From: an uncultured virus (IMG/VR IMGVR_UViG_3300047546_001190)
Lineage: Duplodnaviria > Heunggongvirae > Uroviricota > Caudoviricetes
Reading direction: 5' to 3' (one strand)
IMG/VR virus record: IMGVR_UViG_3300047546_001190
DNA length: 64,000 bases
Each line of letters opens with the position of its first letter. Within the stretch, counting starts at the first letter, position 1. The translations under genes were made by a program, and so were the position numbers. The notes under the pieces were generated by a model that was not told the DNA's origin, searched no databases, and was given only the letters and a program-made list of their open reading frames with translations. Of this stretch, positions 1 to 9,706 are shown in pieces.

Positions 1-81
1 GGTCCAGGACTCGAACCACTTATTAAGTTCAGTCAAATGAATCAACATAAAATGAATCCTATTCCTACATTCAAACTATGA
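1..81 (+). CDS. 3' end of an upstream gene (partial), product unknown
   Basis: Frame open from base 1 to TGA 79-81, overlapping the next ATG (ATGA coupling). Confidence 0.5.
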   Translation, partial: GPGLEPLIKFSQMNQHKMNPIPTFKL

Positions 82-1232
82 AAATTGGCGTAATTGGTGC
101 TGGTAGACTTGGTATTTGTTTTGCTCTGTTGTGTGAAGCAGCAGGGTATGATGTTCTTGTTTCAGATATCCGAGAGGATTATGTGAATGACTTGAACGCA
201 AGAAAGATCAAGACACATGAACCAGAAGTAGAAAATCTTCTTAAGGCTGCTACAAACTTTAGAGCAACCACAAACAACAAAGAGGTTATTGATGAGTGTG
301 ATCTCATCTATACTCTTGTGGCAACACCATCTCTCGAAGATGGGTCGTATGATGTCTCTGCTGTATGGCAAGTCGTTAGTGATTTTCAAGATGTAACTGC
401 AAAGAAATATTTTGTAGTTGGATGTACAACCAATCCTGGTGATTGTGATAACTTTAGAAAGCAACTTCCAAGTAATGTAAAAGTTTTCTATAATCCAGAG
501 TTTATCGCACAGGGATCAATCATTAATGATCTCCGCACTGCTGATATGGTTTTACTTGGAGCAGATCCTTTCGCAGATAACGATAAAGTTATTTCTGACA
601 TTAGAAAGTTGTATGAAAAGATTCAAACAACTCGTGCGATTGTCTGCTCTATGTCAACAACAGCAGCAGAAATTACTAAGATTGCTATCAACTGCTTCTT
701 AACAACTAAGATTAGTTACGCAAACATGCTTGGTGATGTTCTTCATCATGCTGGATGCGGAGATGAAGTTAGTTCAGTTCTTACTGCTGTAGGAACTGAT
801 AGTAGGATTGGTAGAAAGTATCTTGGATATGGATTTGGTTATGGTGGTCCTTGTCTTCCTAGAGACAATCGATCCTTTGCAGCATTTGCCAAGAAGGTTG
901 GACTGGAATATAATCTGGGAACAGTAACTGATGAAATCAATAATCAACATGCTAAGTTTGTATGTGATTATTTTGAAAAGATGAACTCAAATAAGAAACC
1001 ATTCTATTTTGATTCTATCACTTATAAGAAAGGAACAGATATTCTTACCGAGAGTCAACAGTATCGTCTCTGTTTAGATCTTCTTGATCGAGGATATACT
1101 GTTTATGTTCAAAATGACAGGAAAGTTACTGATCAAGTCTATGATTATATGACCACTTCTTATGGAGATCGGGTCAAGTTCGTAGATAGAGAAGAAAATA
1201 TTACGGAACCATATTTTGTGGTAAACTTATGA
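78..1232 (+). CDS. UDP-glucose/GDP-mannose dehydrogenase family protein
   Basis: N-terminal GxGxxG Rossmann motif (IGAGRLG), YNPEF, catalytic GYGGPCLPRD. Confidence 0.92.
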   Translation: MKIGVIGAGRLGICFALLCEAAGYDVLVSDIREDYVNDLNARKIKTHEPEVENLLKAATNFRATTNNKEVIDECDLIYTLVATPSLEDGSYDVSAVWQVVSDFQDVTAKKYFVVGCTTNPGDCDNFRKQLPSNVKVFYNPEFIAQGSIINDLRTADMVLLGADPFADNDKVISDIRKLYEKIQTTRAIVCSMSTTAAEITKIAINCFLTTKISYANMLGDVLHHAGCGDEVSSVLTAVGTDSRIGRKYLGYGFGYGGPCLPRDNRSFAAFAKKVGLEYNLGTVTDEINNQHAKFVCDYFEKMNSNKKPFYFDSITYKKGTDILTESQQYRLCLDLLDRGYTVYVQNDRKVTDQVYDYMTTSYGDRVKFVDREENITEPYFVVNL

Positions 1233-2071
1233 TCGGTTACAATCGACTTGGTGTGAATGGAAGATTTGGCAATCAACTCTTCCAGTATGCTGCTCTTCAA
1301 GGTATTGCGGAGCAGCATGGATACGAGTGGTGTATTCCTCCAGATGAAGCACGAACTGCTAATTATGGAATACATCATCCATTCAAACTTAAAAATCTAA
1401 AACATATTGGCACAGTGCCTTATCCTACTCGGGATGAGGCTCATTTTCATTTTGATGAGGAGTTGTTTAATACCTTCCAAGATAATACAAATCTTGATGG
1501 ATACCTTCAGAGTGAGAAATATTTCAAGCATATTGAAGATAAGATTCGTGAAGACTTTGAATTTATCGATGGTATTCTGAAACCATGCAAAGAATTTATC
1601 AGTCAGTTTGAAAAAATTATCTTCCTTCATGTTCGTCGTGGAGATAATGTTGGTAGAGAACATCTTCATCCAGTTCCTACATTTGATTATTACTCAAAGG
1701 CACTTGAGTATTTTGATGATGATGCTACAGTTCTTATTTGTAGTGATGATGTTGCTTGGTGTAAGGAACAAGAGTTTTTCTCAGGAGAAAGATTCTTGAT
1801 TAATGAGAATGTAGAACAGTATTCTCATAGGTGTATGGAGGGTGATGGAGTTTATAGAAAATCATTCATTCCTTATACTGATTTGTGCTTGATGAGTTTG
1901 TGTAATGGTGCTATTATATCTCCAAGCACTCTGAGTTGGTGGGGTGCGTGGTTACAAAATCCTTGCACAAATCCTGTGGTTGCACCAGATCCTTGGTTTG
2001 GTCCTCAACTCGCAAAAGATAACGATACAAAAGATTTACTTCCCGATGATTGGATTAAACTATCTTGGTAG
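1229..2071 (+). CDS. alpha-1,2-fucosyltransferase-like glycosyltransferase (GT11)
   Basis: GRFGNQLFQYA, GYLQSEKYF, HVRRGD, SDD and STLSWWGAWL motifs. Confidence 0.9.
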   Translation: MIGYNRLGVNGRFGNQLFQYAALQGIAEQHGYEWCIPPDEARTANYGIHHPFKLKNLKHIGTVPYPTRDEAHFHFDEELFNTFQDNTNLDGYLQSEKYFKHIEDKIREDFEFIDGILKPCKEFISQFEKIIFLHVRRGDNVGREHLHPVPTFDYYSKALEYFDDDATVLICSDDVAWCKEQEFFSGERFLINENVEQYSHRCMEGDGVYRKSFIPYTDLCLMSLCNGAIISPSTLSWWGAWLQNPCTNPVVAPDPWFGPQLAKDNDTKDLLPDDWIKLSW

Positions 2072-2855
2072 AATGGGGCAACTGGGAAACCAGATGTTCC
2101 AGTATGCTGCTGTAAAAGGAGTTGCCCGAAATAAAGGGTATCAATTCACCATTCCTCAACACGATAACTCTGTTAAAGATGGATTAGGAAACACTCTTCG
2201 GATTGAATTATTTGATGCTTTTGAAATCCAACCAGACAGTGTTGGATTTCTTTTGGCGGATTCTACCAGAACTGAACAATCTTTTAGTTTTGATGAAGAT
2301 CTTTTTACTAATTGTCCTGATGGAGTTTCCCTTGTAGGATACTTTCAAAGTGAAAAGTACTTCAAGCATATTGAAGAAGACATTAGAAAAGATTTCACTT
2401 TTAAGAAAGAATACTATGACGCATGTGAGGAAGCAAAACCACTTTTAGATAATCCTATTGCCCTTCATATTCGTAGAGGAGATTTCTTAATCAACTCGGG
2501 AAATCATTACAATCTTTCGTTGAGTTACTATGAGAATGCTCTAAAGGAGTTTGATAGTGATCGGCAGGTTGTTATCTTCTCAGATGATCCTAAGTGGTGC
2601 AAGTCTCAAAAATTATTCGAAGAAGATAGATTCCTAGTTGCCGAGACTGGACATTCTTATGTTGATATGTGCCTGATGACTTTATGTTCTGATTATATTA
2701 TTGCCAACTCTACATTTTCGTGGTGGGGTGCTTGGCTCTCGCAGAATAAAAATAAGACTGTGATCTATCCAGATAAATGGTTTGGTCCTAATAACGCAGA
2801 TAAATCTACTAAAGACTTGTTTCCTGAGGAATGGAGAATGATTAATGAAAACTGA
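2046..2855 (+). CDS. alpha-1,2-fucosyltransferase-like glycosyltransferase (GT11), paralog
   Basis: GQLGNQMFQYA, HIRRGD, NSTFSWWGAWL; start moved to ATG 2046 (MIGLN) to match the paralog's MIGYN start. Confidence 0.9.
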   Translation: MIGLNYLGRMGQLGNQMFQYAAVKGVARNKGYQFTIPQHDNSVKDGLGNTLRIELFDAFEIQPDSVGFLLADSTRTEQSFSFDEDLFTNCPDGVSLVGYFQSEKYFKHIEEDIRKDFTFKKEYYDACEEAKPLLDNPIALHIRRGDFLINSGNHYNLSLSYYENALKEFDSDRQVVIFSDDPKWCKSQKLFEEDRFLVAETGHSYVDMCLMTLCSDYIIANSTFSWWGAWLSQNKNKTVIYPDKWFGPNNADKSTKDLFPEEWRMINEN

Positions 2856-3726
2856 TTTGAGAAATACTACTTTTATTGTTCCTCTAAGGATTGATACAGG
2901 AGATAGACTTAGGAACGTAATTCTTACAACTGCTTATCTTCTTCATCACTTTGATACTAATGTGATTATTAAGGAAGTAGACTCTGAGCACCGATTTGAA
3001 GAGTATGCTTTACCAATCATTAAGAGGTTGGTTGATGTAAGTAATCTTCGGCACATCTTTGAAGAAGAAACTCGTACAGATGATTCTTTCCATCGTACCA
3101 AAGTTCTGAACGATATGGTGATGGAAGCATCTACTGAGATTGTAGTAAACTACGACACTGATATTATTCTTCCATTAGATTCCTACACTCAAGCAGTTGA
3201 AATGCTTCAGGGAGATAGTGACGTTGTGTATCCTTATCGTTTCGGGAATCATGGTGAAAGGAAAGTAAATCTTGGATTTACGATTGAAACTCAAGAGGAT
3301 ATGGACAATTTTGAGAACGATGAATTCGTATCACGATTTATTGGATCTGGATATAATTGTACTTGTTTTGATGACCGATTCTTCTATTATCCCAGCAATC
3401 AAGGATTAGGTTGGGCTGAGTATGGTATGGTTCAGTTTTTCAATCGACAGGTTTATATTGATGGATACTTGGAGAACGAAGGATTTATTGCCTATGCTCC
3501 TGAAGATGTGGAGAGGCATCATAGATGGAAAGTTCTTGGATATAATATTGGTAGAGTAGATAATCATGCCTATCATCTGGAACACCAAAGAACTCAAAAC
3601 TCTTGGTATCATAATCCACATATGCAAAACAACAATCAGTTGTGGGAGTATCTTAAGAACTTAACGAAAGAACAACTGATTGAATATTATCAGAATCAAG
3701 AATATGTGAAGGAGAGAATCAAATGA
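2845..3726 (+). CDS. GT-A fold glycosyltransferase (GT2/GT7-like)
   Basis: TFIVPLR start, YDTD DxD motif, ENEGFIAYAPED and AYHLEH resemble the galactosyltransferase C-terminal region. Confidence 0.7.
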   Translation: MKTDLRNTTFIVPLRIDTGDRLRNVILTTAYLLHHFDTNVIIKEVDSEHRFEEYALPIIKRLVDVSNLRHIFEEETRTDDSFHRTKVLNDMVMEASTEIVVNYDTDIILPLDSYTQAVEMLQGDSDVVYPYRFGNHGERKVNLGFTIETQEDMDNFENDEFVSRFIGSGYNCTCFDDRFFYYPSNQGLGWAEYGMVQFFNRQVYIDGYLENEGFIAYAPEDVERHHRWKVLGYNIGRVDNHAYHLEHQRTQNSWYHNPHMQNNNQLWEYLKNLTKEQLIEYYQNQEYVKERIK

Positions 3727-4457
3727 ACTGGCACCTTGTAACTTATGCTGACGAGAAGTTTGCAGAGCAACAAAAGTTTCTTCATCAAACTCATAAGCAA
3801 GGATTTGTACATCATCCATACAATCGACAAAATTTAGAAAGCACAGATTTCTATCAGGAGAATAAACAAATTCTTGATGAGTCAACTGGTGCTGGATGGT
3901 GGATTTGGAAACCTTATTTTATTCTCGAAACACTAAAGTCTTCAAATGAGGGAGACTTTATCATCTATTGTGATTGTGGAGATATGTTCTCTCCTGGATT
4001 AAAATCTTATGTTGAGAATACTGTTACTGAAGATGATCAGTGTCTTTTGTTAGTTGGAAATAACATCAACGGACAGTATACCAAGAGAGATTGCTTTATC
4101 AAGATGAACTGTGATGAGCAAGACTATCATAATTCCAATCAACTTGAAGTTGGGTTTATGGTGTGGAAGGTATGCGAAGAATCGATCAAAACAGTTTCTG
4201 AGTGGTTAGAGTTCTGTACAGATTCTCAAATTATTAATAATGATGCAAGCACTCTTGGTGAAGAATTAGATGGTTTTGTTTCTCATAGGAATGATCAAAG
4301 TGTGTTGACCAACATAGCCATTCGTGATGGTCTCACTGTTGGTGGACAAGAATATAGAAATTATGTAGAATGTGATTATGATTATTGGTACGAGAGAGGT
4401 GGAAGAGGTTTTGGTAGAGAAATCGATTCATTCTTAATGAGTATTAAAAATGCATAG
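3723..4457 (+). CDS. putative glycosyltransferase/glycan-modifying protein
   Basis: GWWIWKP, YCDCGD, HRNDQSVL motifs; position in glycan cluster. Confidence 0.5.
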   Translation: MNWHLVTYADEKFAEQQKFLHQTHKQGFVHHPYNRQNLESTDFYQENKQILDESTGAGWWIWKPYFILETLKSSNEGDFIIYCDCGDMFSPGLKSYVENTVTEDDQCLLLVGNNINGQYTKRDCFIKMNCDEQDYHNSNQLEVGFMVWKVCEESIKTVSEWLEFCTDSQIINNDASTLGEELDGFVSHRNDQSVLTNIAIRDGLTVGGQEYRNYVECDYDYWYERGGRGFGREIDSFLMSIKNA

Positions 4458-5262
4458 TATAGTTCTCACGGTTCATAATAAGGGATGGTTAATTGATAAA
4501 GTCATTCAAGGTATAGTTGAAAACACAACAGAACCTTATGAACTTATTATAGTAATTGATGGATGTACTGATAACTCTGAAGAAGTTATTTGGGATACCT
4601 TGAGTGGAACTCCTGTAAATAAAAAGATTCTTTATGCTCCTAATGTCTTTGAGACAACTGCCAACAATCTTGGTATGAAAGCAGCACAAGGAGATAAGAT
4701 TATTATCATTCAAGATGATATGGTTATCAAAGAAAAAGATTGGAATGTGAGAATGGAAAAACCATTCAAAGCATTTAATGATGTCTTTGCCGTAACATCG
4801 AGAACTGCTCACAACTGGATCTCAAATCCCATTTCAAAACATCTTGGAATGACTGATGATCTTGATGATTGTTGGTGTGATATTGTAGATCATGTAGACC
4901 ATGCTGATAGAAAACAAGGACTGCCAAGAGATGTCTTTGCTGTTCGTTGTTCTGTTAATCGTGGTCCTCTAATGATTGATCATGAAGATCTTAAGAAACT
5001 GAATTATCTTGATCAAGCATTTGCCCCTCAGGATATGGATGATCATGATCTTTGTTACCGTGCTTACAAGGAACTTGGTAAAGTTGTTGGTGCTTATTGG
5101 ATTGATTATGAAAGTGAAGATTCATGGGGAGGAACCAGAGTTTCTGGATCTCCTGCTTCATGGCTTCTAAAAGCACACCATAAGAATACAAAGATCTTTT
5201 ATGATCGTCATAAGGATCTAATAAATACTCGTAGAATTATTGAAAATCGGGAATTGGTTTAA
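4450..5262 (+). CDS. glycosyltransferase family 2
   Basis: SIVLTVHN, IVIDGCTDNS, IIQDD, DDHDLCYRA. Confidence 0.85.
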   Translation: MHSIVLTVHNKGWLIDKVIQGIVENTTEPYELIIVIDGCTDNSEEVIWDTLSGTPVNKKILYAPNVFETTANNLGMKAAQGDKIIIIQDDMVIKEKDWNVRMEKPFKAFNDVFAVTSRTAHNWISNPISKHLGMTDDLDDCWCDIVDHVDHADRKQGLPRDVFAVRCSVNRGPLMIDHEDLKKLNYLDQAFAPQDMDDHDLCYRAYKELGKVVGAYWIDYESEDSWGGTRVSGSPASWLLKAHHKNTKIFYDRHKDLINTRRIIENRELV

Positions 5263-5858
5263 TGGAAATTGATTTGGATCGTTGGGAACTTGCTCAAGAC
5301 ACAGAGTTTACTCATCATCAAGATACTAGATTAGAAGCATATAGTCATGCCTCTAGAATTATTGAGAAGTATCTTAAAATTAATTACGAGCAAGATTTTA
5401 AAGATAAAGTAATTGTTGAAGTAGGTGCAGGACCAAGAGGCAGTATTCTTCATACCAAAGGAAACTTCAAGAGAGGTGTTGTCGTAGAACCTTTGATGGA
5501 TCGTTGGCCTGCTGACATTAGAAATGATTATGAAAAAATTGGAGTAGAAATTATTGTTGGTGCCTATGAAGATTTGGAAATCGATGAACAGGTTGATGAA
5601 ACATGGTTTTTTAATGTGGTCCAGCATGTAATTGATCCACAAAAGCAGTTAGAAATTGCAAAGAAAACATCAAAAGTTATTCGTGTATTTGAAAGTATTA
5701 ACAGTGCCGTAGATACCGCACATCCACATCTCATTACCAAAGAAACCTTTACAGAAGTTCTTGGTGACTTTGGTGAAATTTTTAAAGGTGGAACAGAGGC
5801 AGGATTCCACAGTGCTGATTGTTATTATGGAACTTGGTATGCGTCTGATAACGTTTAG
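5262..5858 (+). CDS. class I SAM-dependent methyltransferase-like protein
   Basis: VEVGAGP motif I, VVEP motif II, FNVVQHVIDP. Confidence 0.7.
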   Translation: MEIDLDRWELAQDTEFTHHQDTRLEAYSHASRIIEKYLKINYEQDFKDKVIVEVGAGPRGSILHTKGNFKRGVVVEPLMDRWPADIRNDYEKIGVEIIVGAYEDLEIDEQVDETWFFNVVQHVIDPQKQLEIAKKTSKVIRVFESINSAVDTAHPHLITKETFTEVLGDFGEIFKGGTEAGFHSADCYYGTWYASDNV

Positions 5859-6654
5859 TCTTTTTGGAGATAACCCTCTTTATTGTATTGGAGCAGTAGA
5901 AAACGCACGTCTCGCAAAAGAAATCTATCCAGATTGGATTGCGAGATTTTATGTTGCGGAAGATGTTCCTGAAGAGTATGTTTATCAACTTAAAGACTAT
6001 GATGCTGAAGTTTTTATCTGTCGCAGAGATAGTTCTTATGATGGATTGAACTGGAGATTCCGTCCATTTATTGATGACTGTGTTGACTTTTGGATTAGTA
6101 GAGACTGTGATAGTCGATTAAGTTGGAGAGAACGCAGAGCAGTTGATGAATGGATTCAATCAGATAAATCTTTTCACTTAATGAGAGACTGCCATAATCA
6201 TGGGTATACGATTATGGCAGGGATGTTTGGGGTAAATAACAAACTATTCCATGAACGTTATGGTAAGATTGATTTGGATAATCCAGCAGCAACTAATCGT
6301 GAAGACGATCAGAAAGTTCTCCACAATCTTATATGGCCTGTGATTAAGTTTGATCACTTGTGTCATGATCACTGGAGACACTCTAAAGTTATTGGGCAAC
6401 CAACTAACCAACCAGGAGATCATGTAAGTTGGGAAAATGCCTATGGTGTTGGTTTAATCAACTATGTTGAGAGGGAAGTTTATAATCAACTTCGTGAAAT
6501 CTATCCAACCCATCAAGATAGTCGTCCATTCCCAGAACATGAACCCATGGAATATGGTATATTCGTGGGTCAAATTATTGATGAAAATAATAAACCAAAA
6601 ATCAATACTGATGTTCGTTGGGAGTATGAATTAAGGGGATTACCTTATGAGTAA
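5839..6654 (+). CDS. conserved hypothetical protein, probable glycosyltransferase
   Basis: ITFSLFG..Y, YPDW, WRF, SRDCDSR (DxD), HLMRD, DQ motifs; cluster context; start chosen at ATG 5839. Confidence 0.5.
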   Translation: MRLITFSLFGDNPLYCIGAVENARLAKEIYPDWIARFYVAEDVPEEYVYQLKDYDAEVFICRRDSSYDGLNWRFRPFIDDCVDFWISRDCDSRLSWRERRAVDEWIQSDKSFHLMRDCHNHGYTIMAGMFGVNNKLFHERYGKIDLDNPAATNREDDQKVLHNLIWPVIKFDHLCHDHWRHSKVIGQPTNQPGDHVSWENAYGVGLINYVEREVYNQLREIYPTHQDSRPFPEHEPMEYGIFVGQIIDENNKPKINTDVRWEYELRGLPYE

Positions 6655-8035
6655 GTTTCATGTGATTGGATCTGGTGCTTGTGGATTCTTAAGGGTTCAT
6701 TATATTCTTAAAAATCATATGTCACTAAAGTATAAGGGTGGTGGTCCTAAGTATCAGAATAGTTTTGAAACTTGGAATGATAATGGATTGATCTGGGATT
6801 CTGAATCTTTATCAAAGGAAGAAAGAATTAGAAGAGTTTCACTTCATGATACTACTACAAATATTACGCATTCATATCTGAAGTATGTTCCTGAGTTTGT
6901 GGAACTTCACCCAGATGTGATGTTTTTATGTCTTCGTGGAAGAAGAGAACATTCGATCAAGTCTCTTGCAACTTCTTGGGGTTATCGTAATCCTTGTTAT
7001 GTAAAAGATAGAACTCTTGGACTTGGGCACAACCGTTATGCTGTTGATCAATTTCCAAATCTAAGTGATTCTAAAGATGAGTTTGAAGCAACAGAAAGAT
7101 ATTGGGATGAGTATTATCAAATAGCAAATGAGTTGCAAGAAAGGTATCCTAATAACTTTTTAATTGTTGATTCTCCTACATTTTTTAGTGATACTCAATA
7201 TCAACTCTGCTGTCTTGGTGTTATTGGAGTTGATATTAGTGTTGCCAGTGCTCCAAAGGCACTTGCTCTTCCTGTAGATTTTAAAGAAGAGACAATTACA
7301 ACATCACTTCATGGTGGACTTGGAAACAATCTTTTCCAAGTGGCAGAGGTAATTTCCTTCTGCAAAAAGTTTAATCTTCCAGAACCAAAGTTTGGAACTT
7401 GGGATTTATGGAATGGTGGTGGCAAGTATCCTGCATCTTATAATTCGGATAGACTTCTTGGTGGACATGATGGATCTCATAAAGATATGGTTTCATGTTT
7501 TCCAAATTTAAATTGGCAGGGTAATCTTCAGGCAAACTTTGATACTAAGTTTGTCGTGAATGATATGTTTAGGTTTTCTACAGCAGAGAATCTTGATTAT
7601 GTGAGAGAGAAACTATCTGTAGGAACTAAAACAAAACCAAACACAGTATCACTTCATCTTAGATTTTGTACAAGACCAGCAGATGATCACGTAAATGGTT
7701 ATGTTGATGATGAGTTTTATGAAAAGGCTTTGATGATGATACCTCAGGATTCTACTGTTTATATTTTTTCTGATGATGATAGAATGGCACGAAGTAAACT
7801 AAGTTGGTTCCGTCAGAACTTTAGTCAAAATTTTGAGATCTTTGTTGGTGATGCTTTCCAATCACTTAGAAAGATGGTAGAATGTGAGTATCATATTTTG
7901 CATGTATCTACCTTTAGTTTTTGGGCAGCATTTTTAGATCCAAATCAACCAAATGACAAGGTAATTTATCCAAAATCATTTACTCAAACACACAGTAACA
8001 ATATGATTCCATATAAAGAGTGGCAGATGTTATGA
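6647..8035 (+). CDS. two-domain protein: sulfotransferase/P-loop-like N-terminus and GT11-like C-terminus
   Basis: C-half has GGLGNNLFQ, SLHLR, IFSDD, STFSFWAAFL; N-half begins HVIGSGACG (sulfotransferase-like, tentative). Confidence 0.65.
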   Translation: MSKFHVIGSGACGFLRVHYILKNHMSLKYKGGGPKYQNSFETWNDNGLIWDSESLSKEERIRRVSLHDTTTNITHSYLKYVPEFVELHPDVMFLCLRGRREHSIKSLATSWGYRNPCYVKDRTLGLGHNRYAVDQFPNLSDSKDEFEATERYWDEYYQIANELQERYPNNFLIVDSPTFFSDTQYQLCCLGVIGVDISVASAPKALALPVDFKEETITTSLHGGLGNNLFQVAEVISFCKKFNLPEPKFGTWDLWNGGGKYPASYNSDRLLGGHDGSHKDMVSCFPNLNWQGNLQANFDTKFVVNDMFRFSTAENLDYVREKLSVGTKTKPNTVSLHLRFCTRPADDHVNGYVDDEFYEKALMMIPQDSTVYIFSDDDRMARSKLSWFRQNFSQNFEIFVGDAFQSLRKMVECEYHILHVSTFSFWAAFLDPNQPNDKVIYPKSFTQTHSNNMIPYKEWQML

Positions 8036-8820
8036 ACTGTATCCTTTATCTTGTAAGATCCTCTGATCAAGATGTAGAAGACTTCAATAAATCTTTAAGG
8101 TTAGTAGAAGAAAATCTTATACCATATACTACTAGTACTGACGTATTAGTATTTTGTGAAAAATCTTTTGAAGAATACAAATCTAAGGTTCAGACTAATC
8201 TAAATCTTAGGTATGAGACTATTGAGTTTAATGTTCCCAATTACCCTCAAGAAATCTTAGATCAGATTCCAGAGTTCTTCCCACATCCCACTCATGGTAA
8301 TGGTCCCGTAGCCTGGGGACATCCAGGATTCTCTATGGGATATCGTCACATGTGTAGATTTTTCTCTGGTGAACTTTATAATAATAGTGTTATAAGAGAA
8401 TATGATTATTACCTGAGACTTGATACAGATTCTTTTATACATACTCCACTCAACTATGATATCTTTAAGTGGGCAGATGATGTTGGATGTTACTACGGGT
8501 TTATTGCTCCTGCCATTCAGAAAGATAATCCAAAAGTAATCGAAGGTCTTTGGCAAACAGTAAACGAATTGATACCAGAAAACTTTATTGAAGAGGGCAT
8601 GATGTTCTATACCAACTTTGAGTTGGGTAAAGTGTCATGGTTCTTGACAAGTGAATACATGAGATTCTATAATGAATTGGATAAAACTGGTGGATTCTAT
8701 ACTAAGAGATGGGGTGATGCTCCAATTAAATATCTTGGTGTAAATCTTCTTATGGAACCAGAACACGTCATTCCAGTACAAGGTTTCACATATCAGCATG
8801 GAGCAGTTTATACAGTCTAA
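8032..8820 (+). CDS. GT15 (Kre2/Ktr-like) alpha-1,2-mannosyltransferase-like protein
   Basis: YRHMCRFFSG, YDYYLRLD, FYTNFE, GGFY..RWGDAPI match GT15 signatures. Confidence 0.8.
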   Translation: MNCILYLVRSSDQDVEDFNKSLRLVEENLIPYTTSTDVLVFCEKSFEEYKSKVQTNLNLRYETIEFNVPNYPQEILDQIPEFFPHPTHGNGPVAWGHPGFSMGYRHMCRFFSGELYNNSVIREYDYYLRLDTDSFIHTPLNYDIFKWADDVGCYYGFIAPAIQKDNPKVIEGLWQTVNELIPENFIEEGMMFYTNFELGKVSWFLTSEYMRFYNELDKTGGFYTKRWGDAPIKYLGVNLLMEPEHVIPVQGFTYQHGAVYTV

Positions 8821-9617
8821 TGGATAAAAACAAATCAACATTTAAACTTAAAAACTTTGGACCTATCTATTATCTGAATCTTGATGGGCAACCAGAAAGA
8901 AAAGAGTATATGGAAAACCAGTTTAAGTACTGGGAGATTGAGAACTATACTCGTATTTCTGCATATGATGGCAGAGAAGATGATCTGAGTGACATCATCA
9001 AAGGTCGTTATCCTGAGATGATGTCTTCTGGTGAGATTGGTTGTGTAACATCTCATCTCAAGGCTATCAAACACTGGTATGAAACTTCTGATAGTCCTTA
9101 TGCAATCATTATGGAAGATGATTGTAACTTAGATCTTGTCAGATTCTGGAACTTTACTTGGGATGATTTCTATTGTCGCATTCCTTATGATTGGGATGTA
9201 GTTCAGATTGCTATCATCTGCACTGGTGATATTCATGTCAAGGTTCATAAGAGATTTGTGAACGAGTTTTCTACTGCTTGTTATATTATTACGAGACACC
9301 ATGCAGAAAAACTCTTAAGACTTCATGTTCGTGATGATAAGTATAAACTTGATAATGGTGTGAAACCTCGTCCAGTTGCTGATGATTTAATTTACAACTC
9401 AGGGAATACCTATAGTGTTCCTCTTCTTCTTTATAGGATTGAGTTGGGTTCCTCTATTCACCCAGAACACATCGACGCATTCCATCGTGGTAATTATGAT
9501 GGTCAGATGAACTTCTGGAGTCAAAAAGGAGCACAACTTTCTGTAGAGGAATTGATGGATTATGATCCTTATTTGGGAAGAGTTGTGGAAAGTTCGGCAA
9601 CCCAACCAAACGCTTGA
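8820..9617 (+). CDS. glycosyltransferase family 25
   Basis: YYLNLD..PER, RISAYDG, GEIGCVTSH, IMEDD, TACYIIT. Confidence 0.85.
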   Translation: MDKNKSTFKLKNFGPIYYLNLDGQPERKEYMENQFKYWEIENYTRISAYDGREDDLSDIIKGRYPEMMSSGEIGCVTSHLKAIKHWYETSDSPYAIIMEDDCNLDLVRFWNFTWDDFYCRIPYDWDVVQIAIICTGDIHVKVHKRFVNEFSTACYIITRHHAEKLLRLHVRDDKYKLDNGVKPRPVADDLIYNSGNTYSVPLLLYRIELGSSIHPEHIDAFHRGNYDGQMNFWSQKGAQLSVEELMDYDPYLGRVVESSATQPNA

Positions 9618-9647
9618 CACCCTTTTAGTTTCCCTTTATACTAAATA
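9614..9647 (+). promoter_or_regulatory. sigma70-type promoter with overlapping T4 late-like box upstream of the porin
   Basis: TTGACA(9614)-N17-TATACT(9637); CTAAATA at 9641. Confidence 0.7.
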
Positions 9648-9706
9648 AGTACTTAAGAATTCTGTTGTAATTCTTAATCTTTGTCCTATAGTACAAAAAA
9701 CAATCT

